The translations under genes were made by a program, and so were the position numbers. 17,723 nucleotides of DNA. Source: an uncultured bacterium. Lineage in GTDB: Bacteria > SAR324 > NAC60-12. The stretch covers positions 1 to 17,723 of the forward strand of contig CAXGMD010000072.1 of the NCBI GenBank assembly GCA_964010765.1, given 5' to 3'. Shown here piece after piece: positions 16,214 through 17,723 of the stretch; the first letter of the stretch is position 1, and the number at the start of each line of letters is the position of its first letter. Under the pieces are notes generated by a model. It was given only the letters and a program-made list of their open reading frames with translations, was not told the origin of the DNA and searched no databases.

Positions 16214-17644
16214 ATGAAACCCTCTTCGCCATTTAATCACCCAGATAGACTGTTCAGTTCAGATCCATCCCAACGCAATGTTGCGCGAAGGCTTTTTGAG
16301 GAAGTTCGTGATCTACCCATCGTTAGTCCACATGGTCACACCGATCCAAGTTGGTTTGCTCTAAACCAAAATTTTGGGAATGCAACAGAACTGTTCCTGA
16401 TTCCTGACCATTACCTATTCAGAATGCTCTACAGCCAGGGAATTTCCCTAACAGATTTGGGAATTCCGACCCGTGATGGCTCACCTACAGAGAACGATCA
16501 CAGGAAAATTTGGCGAATATTTACTGAGCATTATTATCTATTTCGTGGGACTCCCTCCAAGATTTGGTTCGATCACGCCCTCCATGAGGTTCTAGGGATC
16601 AACATTCCCATGTTGCCGGAGAATGCCGACCAAATTTACGACGAAGTGAACGCAAAACTCTCAAGCGAAGCCTTTCGTCCGCGTGCCTTGTTCGAACGCT
16701 TTCAAATCGAGATCCTGGCAACAACTGAATCTCCTCTAGATCCCCTGACTCACCATCAAACTCTTAAAGATTCAGACTGGCAGGGTAATGTCATTACCGC
16801 TTTCCGTCCAGATCCGGTGGTTGATCCTGAATTTGAGGGTTTTGCTGAGAATATTGAGAAGTTGGCTGAAACTACCGGAGAAAACGCTCTTACTTGGGAT
16901 GGATATCTCAAGGCCTTGCAACAGCGAAGAGAATATTTCAAGTCGATGGGAGCCGCCTCCACAGATCATGGGCACCCAACCGCGACTACAGCAGATCTTT
17001 CTCGAGCCGAATGCGAACGACTCCTGACGGGAGCACTTGCAGGGAAACTGAGTGCAGAAGAAGCAGATCAGTTTCGAGGGCAAATGATGACGGAAATGGT
17101 GAGGATGAGTCTGGACGATGATCTTGTTGTTCAGTTGCATCCAGGTTCATTCCGTAATCATAATCAACCGCTCTTCGAACGGTTTGGCCGTGACAAAGGA
17201 GCGGATATTCCAATGGCAACTGACTATGTCAATGGTCTGAGGCCACTACTAAATAAATTTGGCAATGAACCTCGACTCAGCATGATTCTGTTCACTTTGG
17301 ATGAGACCAGCTATAGCCGAGAGTTAGCTCCACTCGCTGGACACTATCCCATCCTCAAGCTAGGCCCTGCCTGGTGGTTCTATGACAGTCCTGAAGGGAT
17401 GTTACGCTTCCGTCGACAAACGAACGAAACCACGGGCTTTTACAACACTGTTGGTTTCAATGATGACACCCGAGCTTTCATGTCGATCCCTGCTAGACAC
17501 GATTTGGCTCGACGAATTGACTGCCGCTATCTTGCTGAACTTGTTTGTGAACATCGAATGAGCGAAGAGGAAGCAAGGGAAGTTGCCATTGATCTAGCCT
17601 ACCGGCTCGTAAAGAAAGCTTATCGATTCAATGAGGAAAAATGA
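16214..17644 (+). CDS. uxaC: Uronate (glucuronate) isomerase
   Basis: LPIVSPHGHTDP, PDHYLFRMLYSQG, FRGTPS, TDHGH, QLHPGSFRNHN, RELAPLAGHYP, GPAWWF, GFNDDTRAF and PARHD. Start at ATG 16214 behind GGAG. Confidence 0.96.
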   Translation: MKPSSPFNHPDRLFSSDPSQRNVARRLFEEVRDLPIVSPHGHTDPSWFALNQNFGNATELFLIPDHYLFRMLYSQGISLTDLGIPTRDGSPTENDHRKIWRIFTEHYYLFRGTPSKIWFDHALHEVLGINIPMLPENADQIYDEVNAKLSSEAFRPRALFERFQIEILATTESPLDPLTHHQTLKDSDWQGNVITAFRPDPVVDPEFEGFAENIEKLAETTGENALTWDGYLKALQQRREYFKSMGAASTDHGHPTATTADLSRAECERLLTGALAGKLSAEEADQFRGQMMTEMVRMSLDDDLVVQLHPGSFRNHNQPLFERFGRDKGADIPMATDYVNGLRPLLNKFGNEPRLSMILFTLDETSYSRELAPLAGHYPILKLGPAWWFYDSPEGMLRFRRQTNETTGFYNTVGFNDDTRAFMSIPARHDLARRIDCRYLAELVCEHRMSEEEAREVAIDLAYRLVKKAYRFNEEK

Positions 17645-17723
17645 GTCGCGCAGTAGCACTGCTAGAAAAATTTGGTAATCGCTACCCCCGAGAATCCTGT
17701 GGAATTGGTATTGTTCATCTCGG
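17641..17723 (+). CDS. Mannitol dehydrogenase family oxidoreductase, probably fructuronate reductase (UxuB-like); 5' end only
   Basis: ATGA overlap with the uxaC stop. It reads MSRAVALLEKFGNRYPRESCGIGIVHLG, and Y-x-R...GIVHLG is the N-terminal signature of the mannitol dehydrogenase/UxuB family. Not in the ORF track because it runs off the window. Confidence 0.8.
   Translation, partial: MSRAVALLEKFGNRYPRESCGIGIVHL

Noticed and set aside
299..17219. Numerous 60-120 aa ORFs nested in or antisense to the main genes
   Set aside because: They lie almost entirely within well-supported CDSs and show no recognisable motifs; they look like shadow ORFs.
1..17723. CRISPR arrays, tRNA/rRNA, IS elements, phage or defence genes
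   Set aside because: No regularly spaced repeats, RNA-gene signatures or transposase/integrase motifs were seen by eye, and intergenic spaces are all short.

Overview
Bacterial genomic window with two parts. The left ~3.6 kb is a mosaic: the 3' end of an upstream CDS, a 5'-truncated and probably frameshifted TRAP dctP remnant, a small minus-strand lipoprotein, and a visibly AT-rich islet encoding a GT-C/ArnT-like membrane glycosyltransferase and an unknown membrane-anchored protein. From 3628 to the window end is one co-directional, tightly coupled catabolic cluster: RspR/YdfH-like GntR regulator, PhyH-family Fe(II)/2-oxoglutarate dioxygenase, AGE-family N-acylhexosamine 2-epimerase, NagB-like deaminase/isomerase, a family-5 (Opp/Dpp-type) ABC importer with a Cys-type sulfatase inserted between its two permease genes, a NagA-like deacetylase, uronate isomerase uxaC, and the start of a mannitol-dehydrogenase-family (UxuB-like) gene. 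The best candidate for an undescribed system is this cluster, read as an import and catabolism pathway for a sulfated N-acetylhexosamine/hexuronate substrate. No sugar kinase is visible, and the NagA-like and NagB-like proteins differ at phosphate-binding positions, so there may be a phosphorylation-independent N-acetyl-aminouronate to D-fructuronate route. A candidate operator palindrome (ACTAACT-N2-AGTTAGT) is present. All family calls come from motif recognition by eye; no database search was run. No rRNA, tRNA, CRISPR array or transposase was seen.
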